Shown here: positions 41,716-54,700 of the stretch, one piece after another
Layout of the letters: the number at the start of each line of letters is the position of its first letter
Numbering within the stretch: the first letter of the stretch is position 1
Origin: Octopus sinensis
Taxonomy: Eukaryota
Reading direction: 5' to 3'
Assembly (NCBI RefSeq): GCF_006345805.1
Contig: NC_042998.1
Coordinates: forward strand, 139,190,001 to 139,254,000
DNA length: 64,000 nucleotides
Made by a program: the position numbers and the translations under genes
The notes under the pieces: model-generated
Seen by the model: the letters and a program-made list of their open reading frames with translations, nothing else
Told to the model about the DNA's origin: nothing
The model's database searches: none

Positions 41716-44321
41716 TATCCTTTGGCTTTGAGATTTCAATGACGTGATTACCTAATTTTAGAAAGATTTTGTCGGGTAGGTGTGAGAGGCTGAATCTGGC
41801 CAGTTTTAACATAAAGCGGGTTGAATATTTGAGCCAGATATGGTTGGTTTAAATGTTAAATGGTTAATATGATAATATGAATTGGTGGATGGGTGGTAAT
41901 TACATTAGATGTATCCCTTTTAATACAAATCAAGACCACCTCTGGTTCTATACAAACTTCCTATTTTAAAGTGAACAATCTTTTTAAACCAGTGGCTTTG
42001 GAGAGGGTTGCAATGAAGACAATAATGCAAAATGTGGCAACAGAGGAGTATCCAGGAGTCATGACTTGGATGCAGCCTGGTCCCCTAAGCGGGTAAGGGG
42101 TTAAGAGCTGAAATGCTTTCATGAAGGAATCTTCTGTTATCCAGCTCTCACAGGAATTTCTTATAACCCTAAGCAAATGATAGTTGAACATTCTCCAGGT
42201 TACCAGTCTAGTACATGTAAAATTTCCAAAAGATTCAATACCTATCCATTACATCTCAGTGGGTCGTAATATGCAAAAGTGGTTATCTCACAACCACTTA
42301 ACAACAGTGAATCAAAATCTAAACACTAACTTCATAATGGCTGGTGGTTATGTTCTACAATAAAACACCTGAAGCAAATATGAGAAGATATAGTCTTACA
42401 CTCAGTATCTCTTATTTTGTTTCGGTCACTGGACAGCTGCCATGCCGGGGCACCACTTTGAACAGTTCAGACAAATAAATCAACTCCAGTGCTAATGTGC
42501 TTTTATGTCTATCAGCCTCTTTTGCCAAAATGCTAAGTTAAATGGATGTAAACAATCCTACAATGGCCATCAAGTGGAGGGGATAGCAAACACAGACACA
42601 AAGGCATAGTGAGATATATATATATTATATACTCGCATACACACTAACAGGCTTTCACACAGCTGCCATCTACCAAATTCACTCAAAGTGCATTAGTTAG
42701 CCCAAGGCTATATAGTAGAAGACACTTGCCCAAGGTACTGCCCAATGGGATGGAATCTGAAATCATATGGTTGCAAAGCAAGTTTCTTAACCACACAGTT
42801 ATATCTAAATAATTTAGTGAAGTAACTTTGTCATTATTAAGCTGGTGTTTGAAACACAAATAGATACAAGATTTTTATGTTAGTTTTTTTAAAATTTAGA
42901 TCACTTGAAAGCATTAATTTAGAATCATGATACTAAATTTTTCATTATTTTAAAGACTGAAAGACAGGTAGTATATTTCAACAGAAATATATAACAAATG
43001 AGTTTAAATTATCTAAATTAAAATCTATCAAAATTTCATGTTAAATCTGTTCTAAATATCAGCTTAATAATGAAATTAATTGAAATATGTATTTTCAACA
43101 TCAATACGGTAACATCGGGTTAAGTCACTAATTATCACTGAATAGTTTAATATTCACAGAATCTCGTGTGATGTGAATGACACATTGCATTTTGTCAGGT
43201 ACATCATAATCTGTATTGCATTGGAAAATGATGAGTATGCTTAAACGACACAAAAAAAAAATATATTCAGCTATATTATTTTAGTGAATTTCAGTAGCTT
43301 CATGTGACAGAGCTTAATACAAATATTTCTAAACATTAAACCACCTCTATTGCACAAAGGGGAAAAAACAACGGTTCCATTATCCTCTTCCTCATCATCA
43401 TTGACATTTGTTTTCCATGCTGGCATGGGTTGGACAGTTCGACAAGTTCCGACAAGCCAAAGAGCTGTGTCAAGCCCCAATGTCAGCTTTCAAATGGTTT
43501 CTACAACTGGATGTGTCTTCTAACTCTGACCATTTTACAATGAGTATTGGTTTTCTTTTCTTATTATGACACTAGCAACAATAAGGTTTCTGAGTAACTT
43601 TCATGACAAAGTAAAGAAAGGAAAAGGGAAAAGCCCGCTTCAGTTAAGTGGGACATGTATTTGAGAGGTGGGGCAATGGCTTTGTACCAGGTTGAAGGCT
43701 AAAATACAATAGAGGGACAGAACATGTACGTCCCTATGGAGTAAATATGAGTATATGGCTACCCCATATTATGTGAAGGTGGGTAAGAGTAGCTGAGAAG
43801 AAGAGAAAAACAGTGGTGACAGTCTGGTAGTGTTCTCTCAAGGTACAAGAAGGCTAGCATAAGGGAGAATATAAACTGTGGATTGAGAAAAAAGGAAGGA
43901 CAAGTAATTTCGTAACAGTTTGTAAGCTAAGACAAAGATGTAGGGAAAATTAAACAATAAATATATTAAGTTATAACAATGATATAGTTACATTTATACA
44001 ATAAATATATTGTGTGAGCCACAACAAAGATATACTTAAAATTATGTAACAAATATACAAACTGATCCCTTGTTTATAGCTATAATGCCTGTGTCAAACA
44101 ACTAACTATTAAAACAGTGTGTTTTTTATGTTTTCTTTTTTGCTTATTGTTTAGAGTTATTTCACACAATCATTGTATTATATGAACAACTGTATGACTG
44201 AAATTTTTAACAAATAGCTATGCAAAACATTTAGTTTTGCATCACTCCATTACCATATTACTATACATATACACCTATATACATAAATACATGCATATAC
44301 ATATGCACATATATATATATA

Positions 44322-45605
44322 TTGGGTCATCCCATAAATAATGCAGTTTTTTCAAATGCATGAACTAAAAGTCAGAGAGTGACAGGATAAACTACTTGCA
44401 TCAACTTGCTATAGAAGCAGGTAGTAATTTTACCTTGTCCTTATTCTTACTGCAAGTTTTGAAGAGTGCACTTCAATTTTAACAGTTATTTTTTCAAAGA
44501 TATAAGGGAAATGACAAAGGAGCATATTCTGCATATTTTGCAACAACACAACAGAAAGGCAACAATGCAACAGAAAGTGCAAGGAATATTAATGTAGTCT
44601 ATGAGGATCAGACAATAAGCGTAAGCCAGTGTCAATAGTGGTTCCAGAAATTCCGAGCTAGAAACTACAGCCCAGAAGATGAGCCACATCTTGGAAGATC
44701 TGCAGAGTTCAACGAGGATGTCTTGCAAACCCTGGTAGAACAAAATCCCACCATAGCTGTTGACAAACTAGCAAACAAGTTTTGATTTAGTCATTCAACC
44801 ATTCATCAATACCTATGTGCCATCGGAAAAGTCAGCAAATTAGGTCAATGGGTTCCTCACAAACTTTCCGAATCTAATCGCGTGCAGAGAGTGAATGTGT
44901 ATTCTTCTTTGCTGTCATGTCTTACGAATGAACCTTTTTTGAACTGAATAGTGACTGGTGACAAGAAATGAGTTCTCTATAAAAATATCAAGCACCAAAG
45001 ACAGTAGGTAGGGAAAGGAGAAACACTGGCATCCCAGGCTAAAGAAGGTTTTCACCCACATAAATTGGTGTTGTCTGTTTGGTGGAATATGAAAGGTTTA
45101 GTCCACTTTGAACTTTTAAACCTAAACCAAATGATAACCAAGGAGATCTACTGTGAGCAGCTTGTGTGGCATAAGTCAGCGGTAGAAGAAAAACAACCAT
45201 CTTTGGTTCCAAGACAAAAGGTGTTCTTCCATCAGGATAATGCTTGGCCATAAACAGCAAGGATGACATTCCAAAGGCTGGAGTAGTTTGAATGGGAAAT
45301 GATGCCCCACCCGCCATATTCACTGCACATTGCCCCATCTGATTACCATTTATCATGCAGTCTTCAAAATCATTTAGACAGAAAAAATATAAATTCTGTA
45401 GACGAGGTCAGAACAGTACTGGAGGAGTATTTTTTGTCATAGACAAGTGAATTTTGGAAGAGGGGCCTTACAAATATACCAGATAGATGGAAAAACATTG
45501 TAGAAAATGAAGGAGAGTATATTTTAGATTAAAGAAGAACTTTGTTTATCTTAATTTTGAAAAATAAAAGTATAAAAAAACTGCATTATTTATGGGATGA
45601 CCCAA
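44322..45605 (+). mobile_element. Full-length defective mariner transposon
   Basis: Perfect 31-bp TIRs ttgggtcatcccataaataatgcagtttttt flanked by TA, 1284 bp long. Motifs WVPHKL, VTGD, HQDNA and APSDYHL, with many stops. Confidence 0.95.
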
Positions 45606-45666
45606 TATATATAGCATGGAAAATGGACATTAAATGATGATGATGCCAATACAGGCATGCACATTT

Positions 45667-45697
<31 letters not shown>

Positions 45698-45740
45698 TTA
45701 TTCATATTTATACATACACACACACACACACGCATATATA

Positions 45741-45907
45741 TATAATATGTGACAATTATTCCACAGCCATGATAAAACTGAGTTTCGGATGTCGGGGTGG
45801 AAACCCACGCCGCCATCTCTTCAGTTATCAGGCCATTGTGGGTTTCCGCCCTGACATCCGAAACTCGAAGTTTTATCATGGCTAACAAATAATTGTCACA
45901 TATTATA
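45741..45907. repeat. Inverted repeat with arms of about 68 bp (Penelope-like terminal structure)
   Basis: tataatatgtgacaattatt...ggaaacccac pairs with gtgggtttcc...aataattgtcacatattata. Confidence 0.9.
45770..45830 (-). ncRNA. Minimal type I hammerhead ribozyme motif
   Basis: UGAUAA-CUGAAGA-GAUGGCGGCGUGG(GUUU)CCACCCCGACAUC-C-GAAA-C-UCA-GUU-UUAUCA. The core nucleotides are intact, with a 6-bp stem I, a long stem II and a minimal stem III. Confidence 0.7.
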
Positions 45908-45969
45908 GTTACAGATAAATTCCTCTATTTACATAATATCGAGGTCTCTTTCATTCTTTTGTTGCATTA

Positions 45970-46016
<47 letters not shown>

Positions 46017-47236
46017 AGAAAACACAAGAGGATTTTATGTATGCGCATGTGCATGTATCTGTATGTACAAGTGTGTATGTATAGTGTGGTGATTGAATGG
46101 CGCAAAAATAAACATTGGCATAACTCTGTGTACATGCGTTTATACATATATATATATGTACACTCCAGCATTTTTCAATGCATATTAGATGAATTGAACA
46201 CAGTATAATATCCCTCAATGACTACAAAAAAGGACATCAGTAAAGCTTTTGATTCCATTTCTCATTATTCATTCAATATATAGCTTTTGATGCCATTTCT
46301 CACTACCAATTCAATGTACACACACATACACAAAAACACACACTCATGTGTGTATGTATACTTTAAATTTCCCTTTCAAAAAAAAAAAAAAGAACACTTT
46401 TTGTGAAAACACTAAATGATAGCTATTCAACTAGCACTAAGGTTATCGTGTCTGGCTATTAAGTTACAGCTACACCATTCAAATCTATGGCTTCCCAAAC
46501 AAAATCAGTTATACAATGGTCTGTGCTATCAACAATCTTCTTCAACCTCTGTACGTACAATGCCAGAACTCAATATACACACACACACACAATCACATCT
46601 TATAGCAAACAGGACACAGCTGCACACTAAATCTAAACATAGTTAAACATTAACATAACACACATATACATATGGCAAAATCTTAAGCATCACCTACAAC
46701 ACAACAGAGTATAATGCCAAAAATGAAAAGATGAAACATGATGAGCAACCACCAGTACAACTTATAGACATAATAACAAAAAAACACGGTATTATTTCCC
46801 AAACAGTACTTCTAGTTCATCCTTGACTCACCTTGTCAAACATTTTGTCAAAATAAATAAATAAATAAATAAATAAAAATAAATTTCAAACTATTTATAA
46901 CAATGGGTCTGCACATGGCAAGTCGCACATTCATACATACATACACACACACAAAGACTTAGATAACAAAACCAAAGAAATGATGTAACTTATGACCACA
47001 ATCTGTTTGAAACTATTCTTTTACTTGTTTCAGTCATCTGACTGTGGCCATGAAGAGTTTTAGTTGAAGAAATTGACCACAGGGCTTATTTTTGTTTTTC
47101 AAGCCTAACACTTATTTTATTGGCCTCTTTTTCCAAACCACTAAGTTACAGGGACATAAGCACACCTACACTAGTTGTCAAGCGATGGTGGAGGGACATA
47201 CAGGCACAAACACACACACATACATACATATATGTA

Positions 47237-47272
<36 letters not shown>

Positions 47273-47274
47273 AA

Positions 47275-47505
47275 AGGCGGCGAGCAGGCAGAAACGTTAG
47301 CACGTCGGGGGAAATGCTTAGTGGTATTTCGTCTGCCGTTACGTTGTGAGTTCAAATTCCGCCAAGGTCGACTTTGCCTTTCATCCTTTCGGGGTAGATA
47401 AATTAAGTACCAGTTACGCACTGGGGTCGGTGTAATCGATTTAATCCCATTGTCTGTCCTTGTTTGTCCCCTCTATGTTTAGCCCCTTGTGGGTAATAAA
47501 GAAAT
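47275..47505 (+). mobile_element. Young, CpG-rich Nin/Deu-domain-like SINE inserted into the (TA)n of another SINE
   Basis: ggcggcgagcaggcagaaacgttagcacg...gtcgactttgcctttcatcctttcgggg, flanked by TA repeats. Confidence 0.85.
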
Positions 47506-48467
47506 ATATATATATACAACAGGCTTCTTTCAGTTTCTTTCTACCAAATCCACTCACAAGGCTGTGGTCGGGTCAAGGCTATGGTAGAAGACACTTGCCC
47601 TAGGCGTCACACAGGGAGACTGAATCCGGAACCATGTAATTGGAAAGCAAGCTTCTTACCACACAGCCACGCTTATGCCTAAGCAGACTTTTCTAAACTT
47701 AGCCTATCACAGAAGAAAAAAAACATTCAAACAGGAAATCACAAAGACAAGATACTTCTAAATTCATCCTCTCTCTTTTCTGTTTTCCTTCAGTTATAAG
47801 GGTTATTTTACAGCCTTAGCCTTGCAAGTTACACTAGTGCTGATGCCATAGAAAAAAGCAACCAGTACATGCTGTAAAATAGGTGAGATTAGAAAGGGTG
47901 ATCAACCATAGAAATCACACCAAAGTAGACACTAAAGCATGTCTGCAACCCATGCCAGCATGGAAGCCAGACATTAAATAGTGATGATGGTGATTACCTC
48001 CCCAGCTGATTCTCATCAAGAATTACAGATCAATAGCTACAAACTATATGCAGAATATCAGTTTAACCCCCACCCCAAATATTAATCCTTTGTGAACAAT
48101 GGTGGGGAGGATGAAGGAGGTCAATGCTGGTAGTAGTTTCTGTGGGAATAAGCATTTGAGAGATAAACCCTCTCCATATAAAAAAAAGACTCTAAGTGGC
48201 TCAAGAAAAAATATCTTTGCAATAAATCTTGTGCAACAGGTTTTATTGTGCACCAATCAAAATTCATTATACCAATGGACACTACTACTACCAAAAGAAC
48301 AACTTGAAAACACTAAAATCAAACAGGATAGTGAATTGAACAGATGAATATTAAGACTGTCAAAATAATCCTTCCACAATCAAACACGGTTTATATGACA
48401 ATATATATACATATGCTAGCATGAAAGCCGATGCTAAACGATATACACACACACACACATACATATA

Positions 48468-48519
<52 letters not shown>

Positions 48520-48557
48520 AAATTGCCATCATCATCATTTAATTCACTTCTTCATGC

Positions 48558-48742
48558 AGGTGGCACGTAAAAAGCACCCACTACACTCTCGGAGTGGTTG
48601 GCGTTAGGAAGGGCATCCAGCTGTAGAAACTCTGCCAGATCAAGATTGGAGCCTGGTGCAGCCATCTGGCTCACCAACCCTCAGTCAAAATCGTCCAACC
48701 CATGCCAGCATGGAAAGCGGACGTTAAATGATGATGATGATG

Positions 48743-48745
<3 letters not shown>
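48558..48745 (+). mobile_element. (GAT)n-tailed SINE/LINE 3' fragment (related copies at about 4425-4605 and 40540-40800, plus many shorter relics)
   Basis: ggttggcgttaggaagggcatccagc...ccatgccagcatggaaagcggacgttaaatgatgatgat. Confidence 0.75.
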
Positions 48746-48773
<28 letters not shown>

Positions 48774-49539
48774 GACATATATATACACACACATATATAC
48801 ATATACATATAAATATACATACATATATAATATATATATACACACACATACACACACACATATAAAATTGCCATCATCATCATTTAATTCACTTCTCCAT
48901 GCTGATATCCTATGGCTTGATGCCCTTCTTGTTGCCAATCTTCACCTGTTTCCAAGCAAGATGATATTTTCCTATAGCTACACAAGTTTTCACAGAAGAC
49001 TGGAACCCAAAACAACTTTGCTCATATGCTGATGAGGCTCATTTACAACCACCACATGATGTCTAGACAAGAATACATGCAAATATATGCACACACACAT
49101 GTATATATGATGGGCTTCTTCCATTCACTAAACTCACTCAGAAGGCTTTTGTTGACCCAGAACTATAAAAGAAGACACTTGTTGAAGCTGCTGTGCAGTG
49201 GAACTGAACCCAAGATAACATAGTTGATAAACAAACTTCTTTAACCACACAGCCACACACACACACACACACACATACACACTTTGTTGACAGCCAGGTA
49301 AAAGAAAAATATATAGTCAGCAGTTCATTGTTATTGTTATAAACAGATAAACAAGTTATATCATGAAAGAAATTGAACAACAATTTGGCAACAGATTAAC
49401 ATTCCATGGCAAAGTAAAATTGTGTTAAGTACATTAGATTTATCTGGATTTATTCCAAGAGAAACAAATTTAAACAAAAAAAAAAGTTGGTCCAAGAGAA
49501 ATAGTTAATTCTAACTATCCTAACACAACAGACAAATAC

Positions 49540-49556
49540 CATTATTGAAACTTGTT
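49540..49556 (-). CDS. FAM13A: Candidate 17-nt microexon (R)TSFNN(D)
   Basis: aattttcgtaattcctccag|AACAAGTTTCAATAATG|gtattt. A length of 2 mod 3 converts phase 2 to phase 1, as required between exons 55227 and 41165. Confidence 0.45.
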
Positions 49557-50183
49557 CTGGAGGAATTACGAAAATTAACCTTCACAATAAACAAAGGAAT
49601 ATTATCAGAAAAACAAACAAATAGTTTTGGTGTGGTAGTTGATTCTAAAATGACCAAATACAAATCCAAAAGAAAAACACTGGCAAACAACCAACTGTTT
49701 TTCTAAGTAATAACTTTGCAAAAATTCATTGATATCATCAATATGTTTGGTCTATTTCTCCATGTCGTTATGTTTTTAGAGTAATTAGCTTTCTTTCAAC
49801 TTGTCCCGATTCTCTCAGTATTCTTTCATCTTGGCTTTAGTTACCATCAACTAAGGTGGACACCATATTAGTCTTTTTATGCTCTTTCCTTCTATATTTT
49901 TTTCCTTCAAACAACAATACAATCCTTTTATCTTGTTCTATCTTATTAGCTCATTATATATTCAAATATATTCATTGTTTAAAGCTTTGCATTCAACACA
50001 TGAGAGACTTTGTATAAGTCAATTAGGTGTTGCAGACATAACTGTGTAGCAAAGAAATTTGCTTTCAGTTCCACAAGTTTAGGCTCAGTCCCACTGTGTG
50101 GTACCTTGTGCAACAATCTTCTACTATAGCCCTCAGCTGACCAAAGCCTTGTAAGTAGAAACTGAAAAAAGCCTGTTATGTAA

Positions 50184-50221
<38 letters not shown>

Positions 50222-52271
50222 GCAGGTGTTGTGTGTGTTTGTTTCGTTATCATGACATCATGTGTGTGTGGTGTGTGTGTGTGTGTGTGTGGTGTGTGTG
50301 TGTGTGTTTATGTCTTCTTGTCCTGGCATCCAGCAATAGTTGTAAATGAGTATCACTGTCAAACAAGCAGTGTCCATTCCCACTCTGCCATGAAAACATG
50401 TGAAGCCTGAGATAAATATTATTTTGTTTGGAAACCGGTGAGGGAGAGCAGCAGAAAGAATTTTCACCTGAACCATGCAAGCATAATGACAAGGATTCTC
50501 CTTTTATAAACCAACATATAAATCTCAGACAGTATAATATTTAAAAATCTATGTTAAGATACCCTACTCACACAATGAAATGTCATTGTGGCTATAGATG
50601 TACACATGAAATATTGAAGACAATCTTAAAGGGGTTTTTTTCCAGTCTATCAAACAACTTTTCTCCTCAAATGTTAGTTACAAATATCCAGATGTTTAAA
50701 CAGTTACTACCAGCACAGGCATGGCTGTGTGGTTAAAAAGCTCATTTTGCAATCATGTCGTTTCAGGTTCAGTCCCACTGCACAGCTCCTTGGGCAATCA
50801 TCTGCTAAAGCCCTGGGTTGACCAAAGCCTTGTAAGCGAACTTGGAAAATGGAAACTGTATGGAAGCCCACTGTGCATGTGTGTGTATGTTTATGAGTGT
50901 ATGTGTGTTTATGTGTGCCTGTGTTTGTCACCTCCTCCCCCCCCACCACTTAACTATTGTTGGTTTGTTTATATCCCTGTAGCTTAGTGATTCAGCAATA
51001 GAGACCAATAGAATAAGTACCAGAATTAAAAATGAGTACTGGGGTTAATTTGTTTGACTAAAACTCTTCAAGGAAGCACCTCAGCATGGTTGCAGTCCAA
51101 TGACTCATACAAGCAAAAGATTAAAGATAAAACTGCTTTGTTTTTTGTTGTTTTTCTTCCCCCTTGAACTCATCTGAGAATGTTTAGAATGCAGCTTTTT
51201 AACCCTTTAGCATTTAAACTGGCCATATTCAGCCAAAATATTCTACCTGTTTTATATTCCAAATGGCCAAATCTGGTTTCTCACACCTACCCTACAATAT
51301 CATTCTGAAAAATCAACAGTTGCCTCATCAAAATCTCATAGCTACAAGATAATACGTGATTACTACAAAAGAATGTGAAGAAATACGTATTACTTTTGAC
51401 AGAATAATGTGAATGCCAAAGGGTTAATGACTACAGATGCAGAAAGCAAATTCTTGATATTATCTGAAAGTGTAAGACCCAGTGTGAAAAAAAGAAAATT
51501 ATGAAATAGTGTAAAGGAAATATAAACGTACTTCTCTCTTGCTTCATATCTCCAGTCTGATAACCTCCAAAAACATGTTCTACAATAGCTTCTCTGATAG
51601 TTTTCTCCACAATGCTGGAAAAGATAAAAATTGGAGATATAAGAAAAAAATTGAATACCTAATTTTAATTAATCGAAACCAGTTTTCTTGAAAGGTATGT
51701 TGCTCCTGTTTTAGGGGGTTATATATGAAATAAGGCATTTGTGGGGTTTGCAGAGCAAATGGAAAAAAAAATGCATTCAAAATTTTCTAAATATACAGTC
51801 ACTCCAAATGTTGGGTCCTGCTATTAGAGAGGATCCCTTGTGGTGAAAGCACATAGTTAAAACTGCATCCTAATGACACCCTTCTCTGCAGGGTCAAAAG
51901 ATACTTCATAACCCCACTCCAATAACTATTGGCACTCTACAAAACTCTGGTGGCACTCATAATGGAACATTGCTATTATATATGGGATGGTGCTGCTGCT
52001 GTATTCACACACATTCTAAACCACAACTCAAAAGGGGTTACCTAACTAACTGACATAAAGTCACTCACAGACAGATCCCTGCTTCTGGCCAACAGGTGTG
52101 CTGTCTTTCTCTTTCTGCCTTCTCTACTACTACTACTATAAATATTTTTTTTTTCATATAAACAGAAATTGTACCTATCAATGATGGACAATATGCTACT
52201 GGAATGAATAGGAATTCTTAAAGTTTAAAGAATTTTTTAGTTCAAAATAGAATGTCATTGTTTCTACTTAC

Positions 52272-52276
52272 AGATC
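52272..52276 (-). CDS. FAM13A: Alternative candidate 5-nt microexon GATCT
   Basis: tgtctgttttttctgtatgtgcatgggtttgcag|GATCT|gtaagt. It also restores the frame (2 mod 3) and has a TGCATG motif just upstream. Confidence 0.3.
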
Positions 52277-52499
52277 CTGCAAACCCATGCACATACAGAA
52301 AAAACAGACATGATGGTGACAACAGTTCTAAGTTATTATTTGATGAAAAATCTCAGCTTATTTTGATGGCTATGAAGGAAAGTGTCAGCTGTCCACAGCA
52401 AACAGACTAATGTGACACTTGCTTACTGGTCATGCTTCAAGAACCCTGCAAAGAATTCTTGCAGTTCCAAGCAATGCTGATTTGTTTTTGATCTTATTA

Positions 52500-53440
52500 T
52501 TATCAAGGCAGTGAGCTGGCAGAATTGTTACCATGCCAGGCAAAATGCTTAGTGGCATTTTGTCTGTCTTCACATTCCAAATTCAAATTCCACCAAAGTC
52601 GACTTTGCCTTTCATCCTTCCGAAGTTGATAAAATCAGTGCCATTTGAACACTGGGGTTGTTGTAATTGACTAATCTCTTCCCTCAAAATTGCTGCCCCT
52701 ATGGCAAAATTTGAAACCATTATTATTATTATTATTGTGCTTTTTCTTTCACTTTAGTTTCCATTTCTTGCTGAGTTTCTCCGACACCTGTTGTTGTTGA
52801 TTTGACTCAGGTTTGTTCTTATTCCTAATAAAATTTATGTAGGTAGTGGGTTACTACCTGTAACCTTAGGTTTCTGCAACCTTTCAATAGTCTTTCAAGT
52901 GCTTAAAACCCATCTGATAATCTTTCTTGTCCCTTAGAGGCAAACTTTCTGTAGAAGCTCAGCAAGACATTCTATTTCAACCTCCTTAAACCATTTGTCT
53001 TTACTCACAGTTCCCAATGCACCAATTATTACAGGCAAAACCTTCAGTTTTCATACTTCAAATTCTTGCAATTGTAATCGACCTACACCCTCCCCTGAAA
53101 TTGTTGGTCTTGTGCCAAACCTTGAAATTATTATTATTATTAGAAAGCAGTGAGCTGGCAATATCGTTAGCACATCAGACAAAATGCTTAGTTGAATTTA
53201 TTCTGACTCAGTCAGAGTTCAAATTCCACCAAGATCAACATTCATCCTTTCAGGGTCAATGAAATAAGTACTAGCTGAACACTGGGGTCACTCTAATCAA
53301 CTACTCCCTCTCCGAAATGTTTCAAGCTTTGTGCCTATAGTAGAAAAGATTGTTGTTGTTGTTATTAATAAATGGCAGAATCAGTAGAATACTGGACAAA
53401 ATGCCTTGGGATATTTTGTTGTCCTACTTTACATCACAAT
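52500..53440 (+). mobile_element. Third, shorter Nin/Deu-like SINE array, interrupted by the R4/Dong fragment
   Basis: Units at about 52506-52736, 53073-53140, 53146-53350 and 53372-53435. Confidence 0.75.
52737..53072 (-). mobile_element. R4/Dong-like (restriction-like endonuclease) non-LTR 3' fragment
   Basis: The minus strand translates to VLPVIIGALGTVSK..WF.EV.IE...ELLQKVCL*GTRKIIRWVLST*. The 3' end abuts (AAT)n. Confidence 0.7.
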
Positions 53441-54509
53441 AATCATCATTATCACTTTATATCCACTTTCCATGCTGGTATGGGTTGGAGAGACCAACAA
53501 AGTCCAGGTTGCTTCCCACTAGGAGCTACAGCTCCCAAAGACTAGCAGCTCATACATGTCATCCGGCTTGGTTTCTACAGTTAGATACCCTTCCTAATGC
53601 CAAACACTAATCCCACCAAGATCAACTCTTTGTAGAGTTGATCTTGGGATTCCAGAGATGGTAAAATAATAGCAGTCAAGTACTATTATAATCAACTTTA
53701 TACCTTTCATCATATTTCTGGCCCTGTGCTACGTTAGAAATCATTTTTTACTCACTGCACTAATTAAATTTCTGTTGGTGATGTAATATACTAATCATAT
53801 GCAAATCAGTTCCTGCAACCACTTCCTATTGGCTAGTGAAAATAGAATGTGCATACTACATGATATAAAATGTAGATAATTCTGCAAAAGTACTCCACTA
53901 TCAAAAACAAGTTAACTTGATTCTTGTATCTGAAGTGCACTTACACAGTACTGTATATACTTGGTTTCCATGCAGTGAGGATTAAAGATGGTGAAGCGAT
54001 GGAAATGGTAGAGAGATGGATTCCTATATTTAGCATGGATTTAGCACAAAAGTTAATGAGTTCCTAGACACCCCCCCCCCACACCATCACTTTTTGTCTT
54101 AGCTCTTCAGATCACAACAGAGGGTTTTAAGACTGACTATCCTTAGGAACTCCTGTGGCTATTGACCTTAATAATTTTTATAGCTGAATCAGTCAATAAT
54201 TAGGGAAAGAATTTCAAATGTGAGTGCAACACCTAAAATTAAAAGTAAACCTAGCAAAGAGAAATGATTTAGTTTGCAACAAAGAAGGCAGGACACAATG
54301 TCACCTGGAAATAGCCTTGCTCAATATGCAAACACAAAATAAATAACAATTTTACATTTTGTATCCAATGTAAATTATAGGTATACAGCAGACATTTAGT
54401 GGGGTTACAAGGAGGCTGACAAAGAAGGGCTTTATATTTAGTAGACACAAAAGAGTAGTTAACAATAAAAACATGCATGAGAAACTCCTTCAAATAACTA
54501 GAAAGTTCC

Positions 54510-54700
54510 TTTGAAATAGTTGACAGGGGACCTAATCAATAGTGGAGGCAAGAATGACATAGAGGAAAAGTTAAGGGAGAAAATTACCCAGCTGGCAATA
54601 AGGGAATTCTTTATCTGTATGTATATGATGCTTGTGTGTGAAATGCAATATTGCACAACTGTGAAACTTGGGCAACGAATGCAAAGGATAGGTAGAGGCT
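54510..54700 (+). mobile_element. Degraded RTE LINE RT fragment
   Basis: GDLINSGG...VYDACV*NAILHNCETWA resembles RTE YLGD.IS.GG...LY.ACVR..ML.GSETW. Confidence 0.6.

Noticed and set aside
52427-52445. 19-nt AG...GT candidate exon
   Set aside because: It has stop codons in phases 0 and 2 and would shift the frame in phase 1.
53945-54023. 79-nt candidate exon (NPSLYHFHRFTIFNPHCMETKYIQYC) with a gtaagt donor
   Set aside because: Weak acceptor (ctaaatatag). Phase 2 to 0 does not connect to exon 41165 without another unsupported exon.
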